Shown: positions 1 to 10,252 of the stretch, one piece after another
Layout of the letters: each line of letters opens with the position of its first letter
Position numbering within the stretch: position 1 is the stretch's first letter
Origin: Candidatus Poribacteria bacterium
Lineage (GTDB): Bacteria > Poribacteria > WGA-4E > JAJDTR01
DNA: 64,000 nucleotides
Direction: 5' to 3'
Assembly: GCA_965222225.1 (NCBI GenBank)
Contig: CBDCTK010000002.1
Location: forward strand, 4,672,001-4,736,000
Notes under the pieces: generated by a model
The model's database searches: none
Told to the model about the DNA's origin: nothing
What the model saw: the letters and a program-made list of their open reading frames with translations, nothing else
Translations under genes and position numbers: made by a program

Positions 1-1
1 T

Positions 2-286
2 GTCCGTGTTTCTTGGTTCAACGACCGAATTGAGGTATTGAGTCCCGGCGGCGCGTATGGGGTGGTAACCGCTGCGAATTTCGGCCAACCTGGCCTAACA
101 GATTATCGCAACCCGAATCTTGCAGAAGCAATGAGAACCCTCGGATATGTTCAGCGTTTCGGTGTGGGAATACCGACAGCCCGAAGACTGTTGAAAGAAG
201 CAGGACATCCAACCCCGGAATTTGAAATTCATGATACTCACTTGCAGGTAACGATTAAGTCTTCAAGTAACCCTCAAATCAAATAA
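2..286 (+). CDS. Partial (5' truncated) ATP-binding protein, RecG C-terminal/HATPase_c_4 domain
   Basis: Frame is open from base 2: VRVSWFNDRIEVLSPGG...YRNPNLAEAMRTLGYVQRFGVGI, matching the DRIEIxSPG/RNPxLA/GxGI motifs of this family. Confidence 0.8.
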   Translation, partial: VRVSWFNDRIEVLSPGGAYGVVTAANFGQPGLTDYRNPNLAEAMRTLGYVQRFGVGIPTARRLLKEAGHPTPEFEIHDTHLQVTIKSSSNPQIK

Positions 287-288
287 CA

Positions 289-1296
289 ATGACTGTTCCG
301 GTTCTAACATTCTTCAATAATAAAGGCGGCGTTGGTAAAACCTCGCTTGTCTATCATTTAGCGTGGATGCTTTCTGACATTGGCCATCAAGTGCTTGCCT
401 GCGACCTTGACCCTCAGTCGAACCTTACCAGCATGTTTATCGGTGAAGAGAGGCTTGAAGTACTGTGGCCAGATAAAAAACCGCGAAAAACTATCTATAA
501 TGCTCTCGAACCACTCTTGGAAGGGACCGGGGATATCAATCAACCCCACCTGGAGCAGATAACTCAGAAACTGAACCTTATCGTAGGAGACCTTACCTTA
601 TCTTCCACGGAAGACGAACTTTCGAGCCAATGGCCGGAGTGTCTTGATCGTCGAGCGCGCGCCTTCCGAGTGATTTCCGCGCTGTGCCGAATTTTGCAAA
701 GAGGGGCAAGCGATAGCGATGCTGAGATTGTTTTAGTGGATGTTGGCCCCAATCTAGGCGCTTTAAACAGAGCGGTCCTAGTAGCATCTGATTTCGTTGT
801 CGTCCCATTAGGCGCTGATTTGTTCTCGCTTCAAGGGCTGCGAAACCTCGGACCTACGCTGCGAAGTTGGAGAGATGGATGGAAGGATAGACATAATCGT
901 AATCCTGTCTCTGACTTACCCATACCAAGCGGCTTGATTCAACCGATTGGCTACGTTGTCCAGCAACACGGCGTTCGACTGGGTCGTCCTGTTAAAGCAT
1001 ATGACAAATGGGTTAACCGGATGCCGGCGGAATACGCACGTAACCTGCTTGACGATGAAAAAGGTCCCTATCCCGAAACCCCCTCACAAGATGAAAAACA
1101 CGCACTCGCAACCGTTAAGCACTACCGGAGTCTGGTGCCGATGGCACAAGAAGCCAGAAAGCCTATCTTTCATCTTACCCCGGCAGACGGGGCGATCGGT
1201 TCCCACGCTGCCGCTGCGCGCGACGCCTACACAGACTTTAAGATCCTTGCAGAGAAAATAACGGCTCGAATCAATCTCCCGCCGCCGTCTCTGTGA
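289..1296 (+). CDS. ParA/Soj-like ATPase (long, orphan type)
   Basis: Deviant Walker A NNKGGVGKT, DLDPQSNLT, VDVGPNLG; starts 2 nt after the upstream stop. Confidence 0.9.
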   Translation: MTVPVLTFFNNKGGVGKTSLVYHLAWMLSDIGHQVLACDLDPQSNLTSMFIGEERLEVLWPDKKPRKTIYNALEPLLEGTGDINQPHLEQITQKLNLIVGDLTLSSTEDELSSQWPECLDRRARAFRVISALCRILQRGASDSDAEIVLVDVGPNLGALNRAVLVASDFVVVPLGADLFSLQGLRNLGPTLRSWRDGWKDRHNRNPVSDLPIPSGLIQPIGYVVQQHGVRLGRPVKAYDKWVNRMPAEYARNLLDDEKGPYPETPSQDEKHALATVKHYRSLVPMAQEARKPIFHLTPADGAIGSHAAAARDAYTDFKILAEKITARINLPPPSL

Positions 1297-1549
1297 CGGT
1301 GCTCCTAGTGGAGGCACACTATCTACCACTTGGTATCTTCTAATTTGCTGGAATAGCGCTCCCCTAGATTCTCCCTGACAAAGAAACTCTTTGATCGCAA
1401 ATCGAAGATTATTCCTGTCTCTGCAAGAGTGTCTTGACACTGAACTCGCCAAATCGTAACGATTTTTCGCTTGACCTCAACACCGATTGCTGCGAAAATG
1501 AAACCGCCTTGGAAAACTGCCCAGCTGCAAACTGGAGAGAGATGCTCTC

Positions 1550-2512
1550 GTGAATGTACCGCCCAAAAAATACGTCCTTGTTCAAGACGAGCGGCTCTTG
1601 GCTTTCGTGATGACTTGCTTCGAAAAAGCGGGACTTGAATCTTGTCATGCACGTCTCATCAGCCGACTGCTGGTCAACAACGATTTGCGTGGTGTCCGTT
1701 CTCACGGCACCCACATTGCCCATAGCTACTGCATGGACTTTGTGAACGGCAACTTGAATCCACGTCCTAACGTGAGGACGTTGAGGGAAAATGGCGTTTC
1801 GACCGTGATTGACGGAGACGGCACGCTTGGTTACCTACCCATGGTGCAAGCGGCGGAGAGTGCTGTCTTACGCGCAAAAGAGAGCGCTCTGGGATTGGCG
1901 TTGGTGCCGCACATCGGGCATTACGGCTCGGCAGGCCATTACACCCGTATCTGTGCCGACGGTGGATGCATCGGTTTTTCAGCACAGTCGGGGCGCAACG
2001 AGTCCAAAGGGAATCCACCTATCAGTTTTGCAATTCCCGGAGGCAATGAGCCGGATTTAGTACTGGATGGCGGGTCAGACCTTTTCGGGCCTTACCATGG
2101 ACCCGAATACGAAGATTTATACAACCGGATTCCCGCAGTGTTCTTTAAAAACTTGGGATTCATGGCAGTTTCTTCCCTGTTAGGCGGCGGACTCACTGGA
2201 TTCACTTTGCCTGAGGGCGACGCTATTCAAGAAGAATGGCCTTCGGCGCGCTTCGGTGGGATGGTTCTCGCCATCAATATTGAAGCAGCCATCCCGGAGG
2301 AGATTTTTCGAGCGGAGGTGGATCTCTACACCCGGGATCTGCTGGCAACCTGTGAACCGATACCCGGCACTGACAGACTGCTCCTGCCGGGCCATCTTGA
2401 GGAAGAGCGCACCGCATTGCATCGGCGCGAGGGGATTCGATTCGGCGAACAGGAACAACAAGCCATGACAGCGCTTCACGAATATTTTGATGTGGCACTG
2501 CCTTGGGATTGA
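1550..2512 (+). CDS. Ldh_2 family (type 2 malate/L-lactate/L-sulfolactate-like) oxidoreductase
   Basis: DLRGVRSHG, IDGDGTLG, HYGSAGHY, NPPISFAIP, LLPGHLE motifs; GTG start. Confidence 0.85.
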   Translation: MNVPPKKYVLVQDERLLAFVMTCFEKAGLESCHARLISRLLVNNDLRGVRSHGTHIAHSYCMDFVNGNLNPRPNVRTLRENGVSTVIDGDGTLGYLPMVQAAESAVLRAKESALGLALVPHIGHYGSAGHYTRICADGGCIGFSAQSGRNESKGNPPISFAIPGGNEPDLVLDGGSDLFGPYHGPEYEDLYNRIPAVFFKNLGFMAVSSLLGGGLTGFTLPEGDAIQEEWPSARFGGMVLAINIEAAIPEEIFRAEVDLYTRDLLATCEPIPGTDRLLLPGHLEEERTALHRREGIRFGEQEQQAMTALHEYFDVALPWD

Positions 2513-2576
2513 GCGGATTCCCATTGCTTCCAAAAAGTGTTGATCTCAGGAACACGGTTGGAAAGGAGAAGAACCG

Positions 2577-3554
2577 ATGCAACTAACCGAAGAACAACTC
2601 GCGACTTGGAGGCGTGACGGCAGTCTAATCGTGCCCAATGTTTTTCCAGCGGAAAGCTATATACCTGCGCTTGAGGCAGTTGAGCGCAACGCTTATGGTG
2701 GATTGACATACGCCGAATACCGCGCAAAATGGGGCGATAATCCTGAAGGTATTCGGGAATTGTATCAAAAAACTCCGGATATACAGCGATTAGCCGGGCC
2801 AATGGGGGCGGCGGTTCATTTCCCGACCGGATTGCCCGCGGTCGATCGTCTGATTGAAAACGAGGACTATATAGACTGTCTCTGCCAGGTGCTAGGAACA
2901 ACCGAGATTCGCTTGGGCTACGGTCAAATCTTCTTCCGCGAAGGACTTACTGATTCACGACACAGCGAGCACCCTTGGGAAGGTTTCCACCTCGACAACG
3001 GCACCAACTCACAGTTGCCGCCACACCCGGACTGGGAGCGGTACAACTACGTGTTGTCCGTGATTGTCCTGCACGATATTGACCCCGATGGTGCTCCCAT
3101 GTTGGTTTGTCCCGGATCGCACAGACAACTCGCATCCTTATTCGGTCGTGGCGGAGGGCACGCCGGGGGCCTGGGTTTGGACGACCTTCGCAAGTTTGAG
3201 GAATTAGCTGATCCGGTGCCCGTCACCGCCAAAGCCGGAAGCATCGCATTTCGATCGAGCTATCTTATTCATGCCGCTCAGCCGTTTGTCAACAAGGAGA
3301 AACAGCGAGGCTGGATGGGGTTCAACTTTCATCGCGCCGACAACGGCGACTGGTGTCACACCACTCGTCCTATCCCCGGCTGGTCAACTCCACAATACGT
3401 GGACTTCGTAGCCGGTACTACCCCTCGCGCACGTCAACTGTTGGGCTGGCCCGCGCCCGGCGACGACTACTACACCGAGGAAGCGCTCGAACGTCTGGCA
3501 TACGCCTATCCAGATATCGACCTAACTCCGTATCGGGACGCTATAGCACAATGA
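2577..3554 (+). CDS. Phytanoyl-CoA dioxygenase (PhyH) family Fe(II)/2-oxoglutarate oxygenase
   Basis: FHLD...IHAA HxD...H triad, CPGSH motif, RBS AAGGAG. Confidence 0.85.
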   Translation: MQLTEEQLATWRRDGSLIVPNVFPAESYIPALEAVERNAYGGLTYAEYRAKWGDNPEGIRELYQKTPDIQRLAGPMGAAVHFPTGLPAVDRLIENEDYIDCLCQVLGTTEIRLGYGQIFFREGLTDSRHSEHPWEGFHLDNGTNSQLPPHPDWERYNYVLSVIVLHDIDPDGAPMLVCPGSHRQLASLFGRGGGHAGGLGLDDLRKFEELADPVPVTAKAGSIAFRSSYLIHAAQPFVNKEKQRGWMGFNFHRADNGDWCHTTRPIPGWSTPQYVDFVAGTTPRARQLLGWPAPGDDYYTEEALERLAYAYPDIDLTPYRDAIAQ

Positions 3555-3683
3555 AACATAAAGACTTGAGCGCGGCGAGTCTCATAATTGCTGTTGAATT
3601 GATTAGTCTCAGTGTGAAAACCAAATCCAGCTCCCAGGCGTTTCGGTTGGGGATTCATTTGCCTTCAACCCCAAGAGGTCTCT

Positions 3684-4745
3684 ATGAATGAACTAATCGC
3701 GTCGCTAACTGCCGCGGGCCACGCGCCGATCCAACTGTACGGAAAAGGCGGTTCACTACTCCTTCTTCCATATGGCGGCAGAACCCTCGGTCTATACAAT
3801 CGGGATGGGCATAATTTCTTCTGGGTCAACCCGGATCTTAATCACATCGCGACTGCCGAGACCTTTTTCACCAAAGAAGGCTGGAAGAATAGCGGAGGAG
3901 ACCGCACTTGGGTGGCCCCCGAAGTTGAACTGTTCATTTCAGACATTGAGAATCCCGGCGAGACGTATCAGGTTCCCTCATCACTGGACCACGGTAACTA
4001 CACGGTTCAACACGGCAAAGGGCAAGTTAAGTTGACCAATCAAGCGCGTGTTTTTCTAAACCGACAGGAAAAAACCTGTGAGATTGAGCTGGCAAAAACT
4101 ATCCGAATGACAGAGAACCCGTTGCGTTATGAAAAGGACAGGACGCCGTCCCATGGGAAGCTTGACTTTGTTGGTTATGAGCAACTCACGTCGCTTCGAT
4201 TTACCTCTTTGGAAGCACCGGGGATTCGTCTTGGAATCTGGAATTTGGTTCAGGTTCCTGCCGGAGGGGAGATTGTTGTACCTACGGTGAGAGAAAGTGC
4301 CCCGAAGACCTACTTTGGGGATGTAGGAGCAAGCCATCTATGCGTCACTCCTGAATCTATCCGATTCCGCGTTGATGCGAAGCATTCCCACAAAATCGGT
4401 GTGCGTGCCGCGTCTACGATTGGACGAATAGGGTATCTTCGACCTATAGGAGACGGGAAGAAAACATTGGTCGTGCGCAATTTCTTCGTCGCTCCTTCAG
4501 CCGAGTACGTGGACGTCCCGTGGGACGATTTGGATGACTTCGGTTATGCCGTCCAGTGTTACAACGACAACGGCGATCTGGGAGAGTTCGGCGAAATGGA
4601 ATATCACACACCGGCAATCGGCGATGGCACCGGATTGAGCAGTTACCAGGATCGAAGCCAAGTTTGGGCTTTCCTTGGCGACGCCCAATCTGTGGACGAG
4701 ACGTTTAGGCAGTTACTTGGCACCGACCCAAATTCAGCCGCGTAA
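3684..4745 (+). CDS. Conserved hypothetical protein (DUF6786/DUF4380-like, probable mutarotase-type beta-sandwich)
   Basis: LPYGGRTLGL, WKNSGGDRTWVAPE, QCYND, FGEMEYHTPA motifs. Confidence 0.55.
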   Translation: MNELIASLTAAGHAPIQLYGKGGSLLLLPYGGRTLGLYNRDGHNFFWVNPDLNHIATAETFFTKEGWKNSGGDRTWVAPEVELFISDIENPGETYQVPSSLDHGNYTVQHGKGQVKLTNQARVFLNRQEKTCEIELAKTIRMTENPLRYEKDRTPSHGKLDFVGYEQLTSLRFTSLEAPGIRLGIWNLVQVPAGGEIVVPTVRESAPKTYFGDVGASHLCVTPESIRFRVDAKHSHKIGVRAASTIGRIGYLRPIGDGKKTLVVRNFFVAPSAEYVDVPWDDLDDFGYAVQCYNDNGDLGEFGEMEYHTPAIGDGTGLSSYQDRSQVWAFLGDAQSVDETFRQLLGTDPNSAA

Positions 4746-4983
4746 AAAGGATGACCTCTGGTGCAAGGGTGTAACGAAGTTGTTGGTACTTTACTCTTAT
4801 GCTGAAACTTGCCCAATTCCTGAGTGTGCAAGAAAGAACCTAGGTCTCGACGCTATTTTGATGAGGTGTTGAGTACACGTCTGAAAAACTACTAGTAGGG
4901 ATTTCAAAACGTAAGGGCGTTAGTTAACCTATGTCCTTAGTTATCACTTAACAGAATTCACTTTGTGGGAAAGGCTAAATAGG

Positions 4984-7900
4984 ATGAGCCATGTATGGGT
5001 GCACCACCACTTGTTCCGTTTAATTGCAATTGGGTTTGCGATTTCAACTCTGTTGCTAGGTTGTAAGGAAGAGGTGACCCGAAAGGCAGATTGGGAAACC
5101 CATTTCACAGACCTTCACTTCGTGAACGCAAAGCTCGGATGGATCGTAGGACTCGAAGGGTTGATTATCCACACCGACGATAGTGGACTGACATGGAAGA
5201 AACAGGAAGTTGACACAACCGGTGACTTTAAGGCGGTACATTTTGCAAATAGTCGCTACGGATGGGCAGTCGGTGATGAAGGATTAATCGCCACGACCGA
5301 TGATGGCGGACGACACTGGCAGCTACAGACGAGTGGAACGTGGGCGATGCTGCGCGATGTCTTTTTTGCAAATTCTAAGGAAGGATGGGTGGTCGGTGAA
5401 AACGCAGACGTCCTCTATACGCAGGACGGCGGAAAAACATGGAAGCGCCGCGAATTCGTGAGCGAGTTTCCACTCAGCGGCGCGTGGTTTGTTGATAATA
5501 AACGTGGTTGGATTGTGGGCGAGCAGGACAGGATTCTGCATACTAATGACGGAGGAAAGACGTGGCACGAGCAAAGTAACCGATTTGAGGGCGAAAGAGA
5601 TCGGATGATTAACGACAACAAACAGGTCTTTTTCATCAGCCAAGGTGAAGGGTGGCTCGTTGGAAGCGATGGTTCAATCTTTCACACAAAGAACAGCGGC
5701 GCTACGTGGAATCGACAGGACAGTCGGATCCCTCTAATTAACGGGCACGTCCGAGATACAATTAATAGCATCCATTTTGTTGATAGGCAAAGAGGCGTCG
5801 CCGTCGCCGATGTCGGGTTCATCACGTTCACGGAAGACGGTGGTAAAAATTGGCGATTGCTTGACAGCGGGACGGAGAATAATTTAACCGGCGTCCAGTT
5901 TACGACGCCTAACGAAGCCTGGGCAGTCGGTTGGTACGGCAGCATCCTGCAATCGACGGATGGAGGTGCGACTTGGGACATGGTCAGTGGCACGACCGCC
6001 AACGACCTGGAGAACGTTCAGTTTGTGGATGCCAATCGTGCCATTGCTGTTGGAAAGCGCGGAACGATTGCCATGAGCCAAGATGGCGGAAAAACGTGGA
6101 CGGAAGTTGACGCCGAAATCTGGGATAATATACGCAATATCTTTTTTGTTTCGGATAAAGAGGGATGGGCGGTCGGGGAACGCGGTATGATTGTTCATAC
6201 CACCGATGGCGGTCAGACGTGGGAACGTCAAAACAGCGGCTGGGGCTATGTACTCACAGCAGTGCATTTCGTGACACCGAAAAAGGGATGGGTTGTCGGC
6301 GAACTAGGTACGGTACTTCATACTGGCGATGGCGGCGAATCTTGGGTGCCTCAGACACCGGGCGAGTGGCAATCCCTCAAAGGCGTTTTCTTGCTCGATG
6401 AGAAGGAAGGATGGGCTGTGGGATGGCCCGGCACGGTGATTCACACCACCAACGGAGGCATGACTTGGACGCAGCAGACGACTAAAACCTACAATGAGTT
6501 ATACGCTGTTTATTTCGTTGACAGTGACAACGGCTGGATCTCGGGCCAGTTCGGTGAAATTCTGCGCACCAAGGATGGTGGTCGAACGTGGAAATTCCAA
6601 CAGAGCGGTACGCAAGAGAATCTCAACAAAATTTACTTTGCCAACACAAAACACGGTCTGATTGTGGGTGATAACGGTGTGATTCTAACCACGACTGACG
6701 GCGGAGTGAACTGGGAATTTCAAGAAAGCGGTACCGAAAATGACCTCCTCGGGTTCGCGCTTTCGCCGGAAGGGATGGTCGCTGTTGGTAAAGGCGGCAT
6801 CGCCATGCGATATTCCGTAGATGCCGAAGAGTTGCCTGTTGCACTGCCGCCAACCGCGGAAGAAATTGAGATTGCCGAGGCAGCTGAGACTCCTCCGGTC
6901 GTTGAGGAGATTACATATCACTGGGAAATTGTTCGTCAAGCCACATGGCAGACTGATTTCAACGACACCTACTTTATCAATGATAGAAAAGGCTGGGCAG
7001 TCGGCAGCAGTGGCGTCATAGCCCACACCACCGACGGTGGAAAAACTTGGAAGCCTCAGCACAGCAGCGTCGAGATTGATCTGCATCACATAACCTTCAT
7101 TGACCCCGAACACGGCTGGATTATTGGGCGTGGCGTGTTGCTCCGTACGGAGAATGGCGGCGAAACATGGCAGGTCATACAGAAGATGCTGCAGAATTTT
7201 CGCAACGTCCGCTCCATACAGTTCCTGACGCCACTGGAAGGTTGGCTGGGTGTAGATCAGGGGCAGACGCTGCATACATTAGACGGCGGATTGACTTGGA
7301 AACTTCAAAAAACGGGTACTACAAATCGACCCATCACACATTTACATTTCATCAACAACCTGGAAGGATGGGCAGTTGCTCCGCAACGGCGTGATGGCGG
7401 GTTTATCCTTCATACGACAAATGGTGGCGATTATTGGCAGATTCAATCCAAGACCAATCTAGTGGGTATCGCAATTCACTTCGCAGACGCCAAATCAGGT
7501 TGGGTAATCGTAAGAAATGGAGACTCACTGATTACCAACGATGGCGGGCATACCTGGACGCGCCGTCCTTCAGAGTTGGGTAATCGCATTCGCAGCGTGA
7601 AGATGCGTAGCCACCATGAGGCGTGGGGAGTTAGTCTTGACGGGCAAATCCTTTTGACCCGAGATCAGGGTAGAAGTTGGGAACATACTTATGTCGACTT
7701 GGCCGCAAGAGAGAAAGAACCGGTGCCACCAACGGAAGATTTGGAATCAAACCAAGAATTAGCCGAGTCTGGTTCATCCGGCACATCTCAGGATGTTGCA
7801 GATATTCGAGCTGCTTTAGATGAGGATGCCGGTGAGGCGTTCAGGAATCATCAGCGCGGGCGCCCCCCGCGTCCTCGTGGCCTCAATCCAGAAAGTGGTT

Positions 7901-8973
7901 CTGGCGAGAGCGTTGCTACGCCGAGAGCCAGACGCCCCCGCCTTGGTCGCCCTAGCTCGGCCGAGGAAATTGCAAATTTTCACTATGTCAACGACCACGA
8001 CGCGTGGGCAGTCGGGAAAGCCGGGCACATCTATCACACGCACGATGGCGGCGTAACATGGGAGCGCCAGCTTGGTGAGCAGCTTGATGATTTCCATGAC
8101 GTGCTCTTCTTGGACGAAGGCAATGGCTGGATTGCCGGAGACAATGGATTGCTGTTGGAGACCCAGGACGCCGGACGGAACTGGACAGCTCTGGACATCG
8201 GAACACGACAAAAAATAATCGGCGTACACTTTGCGAGCCTAGATCCCAAATGGGGCTGGACGATGAGGCGTGATGGTACGTTGTTCTATACAACTGATGG
8301 CAAGAAATGGTCAGCCGGAAAGACACCGATGCGACCCCCTCTTTTCGAGGAGGATCCCCCGCAACGTTTTGTGATGAATGACGTTGGATTCGGCAGATTT
8401 TCCGAAGGCTGGGCAGTTGGAGAGGACGGGCAAATCCTTCATAATAGGGACGGCGGGCCTATCTGGGAACCACAGAGAACCACTACGGGCAGAAATCTCC
8501 TCAAGGTTGAAACAAAATTCGTACCTCTCGCTTGGGCGGTCGGATCCGGCGGCACTGTCCAGCGGACGATTAATGGTGGTGAATATTGGAAGCTGCATGA
8601 AACCAACACAGGATACGACCTGAACGGCGTGTCATTCTTCACCAAAAGGAAGGGATGGGCTGTTGGGCGCTACGGAATCGTCCTACGCACGACCAATGGC
8701 GGATTTAAGTGGGAAGCCGAACCGAGTGGCGTAACCTCCAACCTTTACGACATTGCGGCAGTCTCCAAACAGGATATTTATGCGGTAGGAGCCAAAGGGA
8801 TGATTCTTCACTCTGCCGACGGTGGAGAAACCTGGAAGCAGCAACATACGGATATTGACAACGACCTTTACACAATTGTTCGCCCGCAAGATAGTGATAC
8901 TCTTTGGGTTGTTGGTCAGTGGGGAGTAGTGTTGCGCCAAAGAGTTGGCAGTGTTAAAATGTCAATGCGGTGA
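4984..8973 (+). CDS. Giant YCF48-like/BNR Asp-box repeat lipoprotein
   Basis: Lipobox LLGC after a hydrophobic stretch; 26 counted xTxDGGxxW-type Asp-box repeats with F..GWxVG blades; ATG at 4984 preferred over TTG at 4963. Confidence 0.85.
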   Translation: MSHVWVHHHLFRLIAIGFAISTLLLGCKEEVTRKADWETHFTDLHFVNAKLGWIVGLEGLIIHTDDSGLTWKKQEVDTTGDFKAVHFANSRYGWAVGDEGLIATTDDGGRHWQLQTSGTWAMLRDVFFANSKEGWVVGENADVLYTQDGGKTWKRREFVSEFPLSGAWFVDNKRGWIVGEQDRILHTNDGGKTWHEQSNRFEGERDRMINDNKQVFFISQGEGWLVGSDGSIFHTKNSGATWNRQDSRIPLINGHVRDTINSIHFVDRQRGVAVADVGFITFTEDGGKNWRLLDSGTENNLTGVQFTTPNEAWAVGWYGSILQSTDGGATWDMVSGTTANDLENVQFVDANRAIAVGKRGTIAMSQDGGKTWTEVDAEIWDNIRNIFFVSDKEGWAVGERGMIVHTTDGGQTWERQNSGWGYVLTAVHFVTPKKGWVVGELGTVLHTGDGGESWVPQTPGEWQSLKGVFLLDEKEGWAVGWPGTVIHTTNGGMTWTQQTTKTYNELYAVYFVDSDNGWISGQFGEILRTKDGGRTWKFQQSGTQENLNKIYFANTKHGLIVGDNGVILTTTDGGVNWEFQESGTENDLLGFALSPEGMVAVGKGGIAMRYSVDAEELPVALPPTAEEIEIAEAAETPPVVEEITYHWEIVRQATWQTDFNDTYFINDRKGWAVGSSGVIAHTTDGGKTWKPQHSSVEIDLHHITFIDPEHGWIIGRGVLLRTENGGETWQVIQKMLQNFRNVRSIQFLTPLEGWLGVDQGQTLHTLDGGLTWKLQKTGTTNRPITHLHFINNLEGWAVAPQRRDGGFILHTTNGGDYWQIQSKTNLVGIAIHFADAKSGWVIVRNGDSLITNDGGHTWTRRPSELGNRIRSVKMRSHHEAWGVSLDGQILLTRDQGRSWEHTYVDLAAREKEPVPPTEDLESNQELAESGSSGTSQDVADIRAALDEDAGEAFRNHQRGRPPRPRGLNPESGSGESVATPRARRPRLGRPSSAEEIANFHYVNDHDAWAVGKAGHIYHTHDGGVTWERQLGEQLDDFHDVLFLDEGNGWIAGDNGLLLETQDAGRNWTALDIGTRQKIIGVHFASLDPKWGWTMRRDGTLFYTTDGKKWSAGKTPMRPPLFEEDPPQRFVMNDVGFGRFSEGWAVGEDGQILHNRDGGPIWEPQRTTTGRNLLKVETKFVPLAWAVGSGGTVQRTINGGEYWKLHETNTGYDLNGVSFFTKRKGWAVGRYGIVLRTTNGGFKWEAEPSGVTSNLYDIAAVSKQDIYAVGAKGMILHSADGGETWKQQHTDIDNDLYTIVRPQDSDTLWVVGQWGVVLRQRVGSVKMSMR

Positions 8974-9130
8974 AGAATCAGCACGCATGTGCTGTTATTA
9001 CCATTGAAGGTTGTTTGCTTAAATGGGTGCCATGAAAGACAGCTTCTTGCATTCACGCAATCGGAGAGCGATTTTCCACTTCACGATATTACAGGGACGA
9101 TCGTGATGTTGAATTCAACTGGCGTACGCC

Positions 9131-9214
9131 TAGAGTTGGGTGAGGATGTGAGAAACTCCCGCTGATTGTCCGGGAATACCCATAAGACGCGGAGCACCGT
9201 TCAACCCAACCTAC
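9131..9214. repeat. Degenerate GTAG-type REP pair (REPIN-like)
   Basis: 9198-9214 CGTTCAACCCAACCTAC is the reverse complement of GTAGGTTGGGTTGAACG; a degenerate partner TAGAGTTGGGTGAGG starts at 9131. Confidence 0.55.
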
Positions 9215-9232
9215 GCACTAGGATTCAGAACC

Positions 9233-10063
9233 GTGGACAAAGAGCAAGCACTTCCCGCCAAACCTCTACCTCGCGATGTCTTGAATGTTGTTTTGAAGGA
9301 TTTTTGTCAAAACGGCGCAACGATTATCCGAAATGTGCTCTCACGAGAAGAGTGCGAACGGATAGTCGCGCGTGTTGACGAAATCTTTTCCGAGCCTTAC
9401 TTCATGCGGATGCGTAATGTCAAAGACACTCGGCAAGATGACAAAGTTCCTATCGTCGTGCATCGCCTCTTTGAATGCGACCTCATGTTTCGCGATTTGC
9501 TGGTGCGTGAGCCGATTATTAGTATTGCCGAAAGCGTTTTAGGTGAGCACTGCCACTGTATTGCTCAAGGTTGTATCCTCAACCGAAAAGACTTAGGTAT
9601 CAACCGATTTCATGTTGACGATGGTATAGAATTTCCTATCACACCTGAGATGGAACGGCACGACCCAAGGCTGCGGATGCCTGTGCTCCGTATGTCCGTG
9701 CAAATTGCCCTGACCGATCAGGATGATGTCAAATACGGTCCATCCCAATTCGTTCCGGGTAGCCACTACTCCGGAAGGCAACCCGATGGGCCGGAGTTTC
9801 CAACCTTTGATGGCAAAGAGCCTATCTCACTCCTCATGAAAGCTGGGGACCTTTATCTGCTCAATGGACAAACATGGCATCGAGGCGCGCCAAACCAGAC
9901 CAATCGGGTTCGCTATCTGTTCCACCAAGTCTATGGACAACGCTTCGTCGCGCAGCGGTTTTGGCCCTACTTAAATTACCGTATGTCCGACCACGTCTTG
10001 GAAGGTGCCGATGAACGTCTGCTGCGTGTCCTTGGAAAACATCCGGAAATGGCTTATGGTTGA
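9233..10063 (+). CDS. Phytanoyl-CoA dioxygenase (PhyH) family protein
   Basis: FHVD, ALTD, VPGSH, AGD, WHRG, NRVR motifs. Confidence 0.88.
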   Translation: MDKEQALPAKPLPRDVLNVVLKDFCQNGATIIRNVLSREECERIVARVDEIFSEPYFMRMRNVKDTRQDDKVPIVVHRLFECDLMFRDLLVREPIISIAESVLGEHCHCIAQGCILNRKDLGINRFHVDDGIEFPITPEMERHDPRLRMPVLRMSVQIALTDQDDVKYGPSQFVPGSHYSGRQPDGPEFPTFDGKEPISLLMKAGDLYLLNGQTWHRGAPNQTNRVRYLFHQVYGQRFVAQRFWPYLNYRMSDHVLEGADERLLRVLGKHPEMAYG

Positions 10064-10252
10064 TATACGCTGTCGTTCGCGGCGAATCTGATAAATTCAA
10101 TTAAAACCTCCCCGCAATTTCGTACATGTACGGAGCATACAGGTGTAGGTCTTCTACTATTAATTTCACAAGAAATCTAAGATGAATCGTGAAGTTGTCT
10201 AGTGTTGAGCGTTAAACCGAGCAAAATCTTAGAGTAATCTGCATACCCGAGA

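Noticed and set aside
4984-8973. Recurring GAYGGCGG...TGG DNA motifs that look like a repeat array
   Set aside because: They are the coding Asp-box repeats of the YCF48-like protein and are degenerate at synonymous positions
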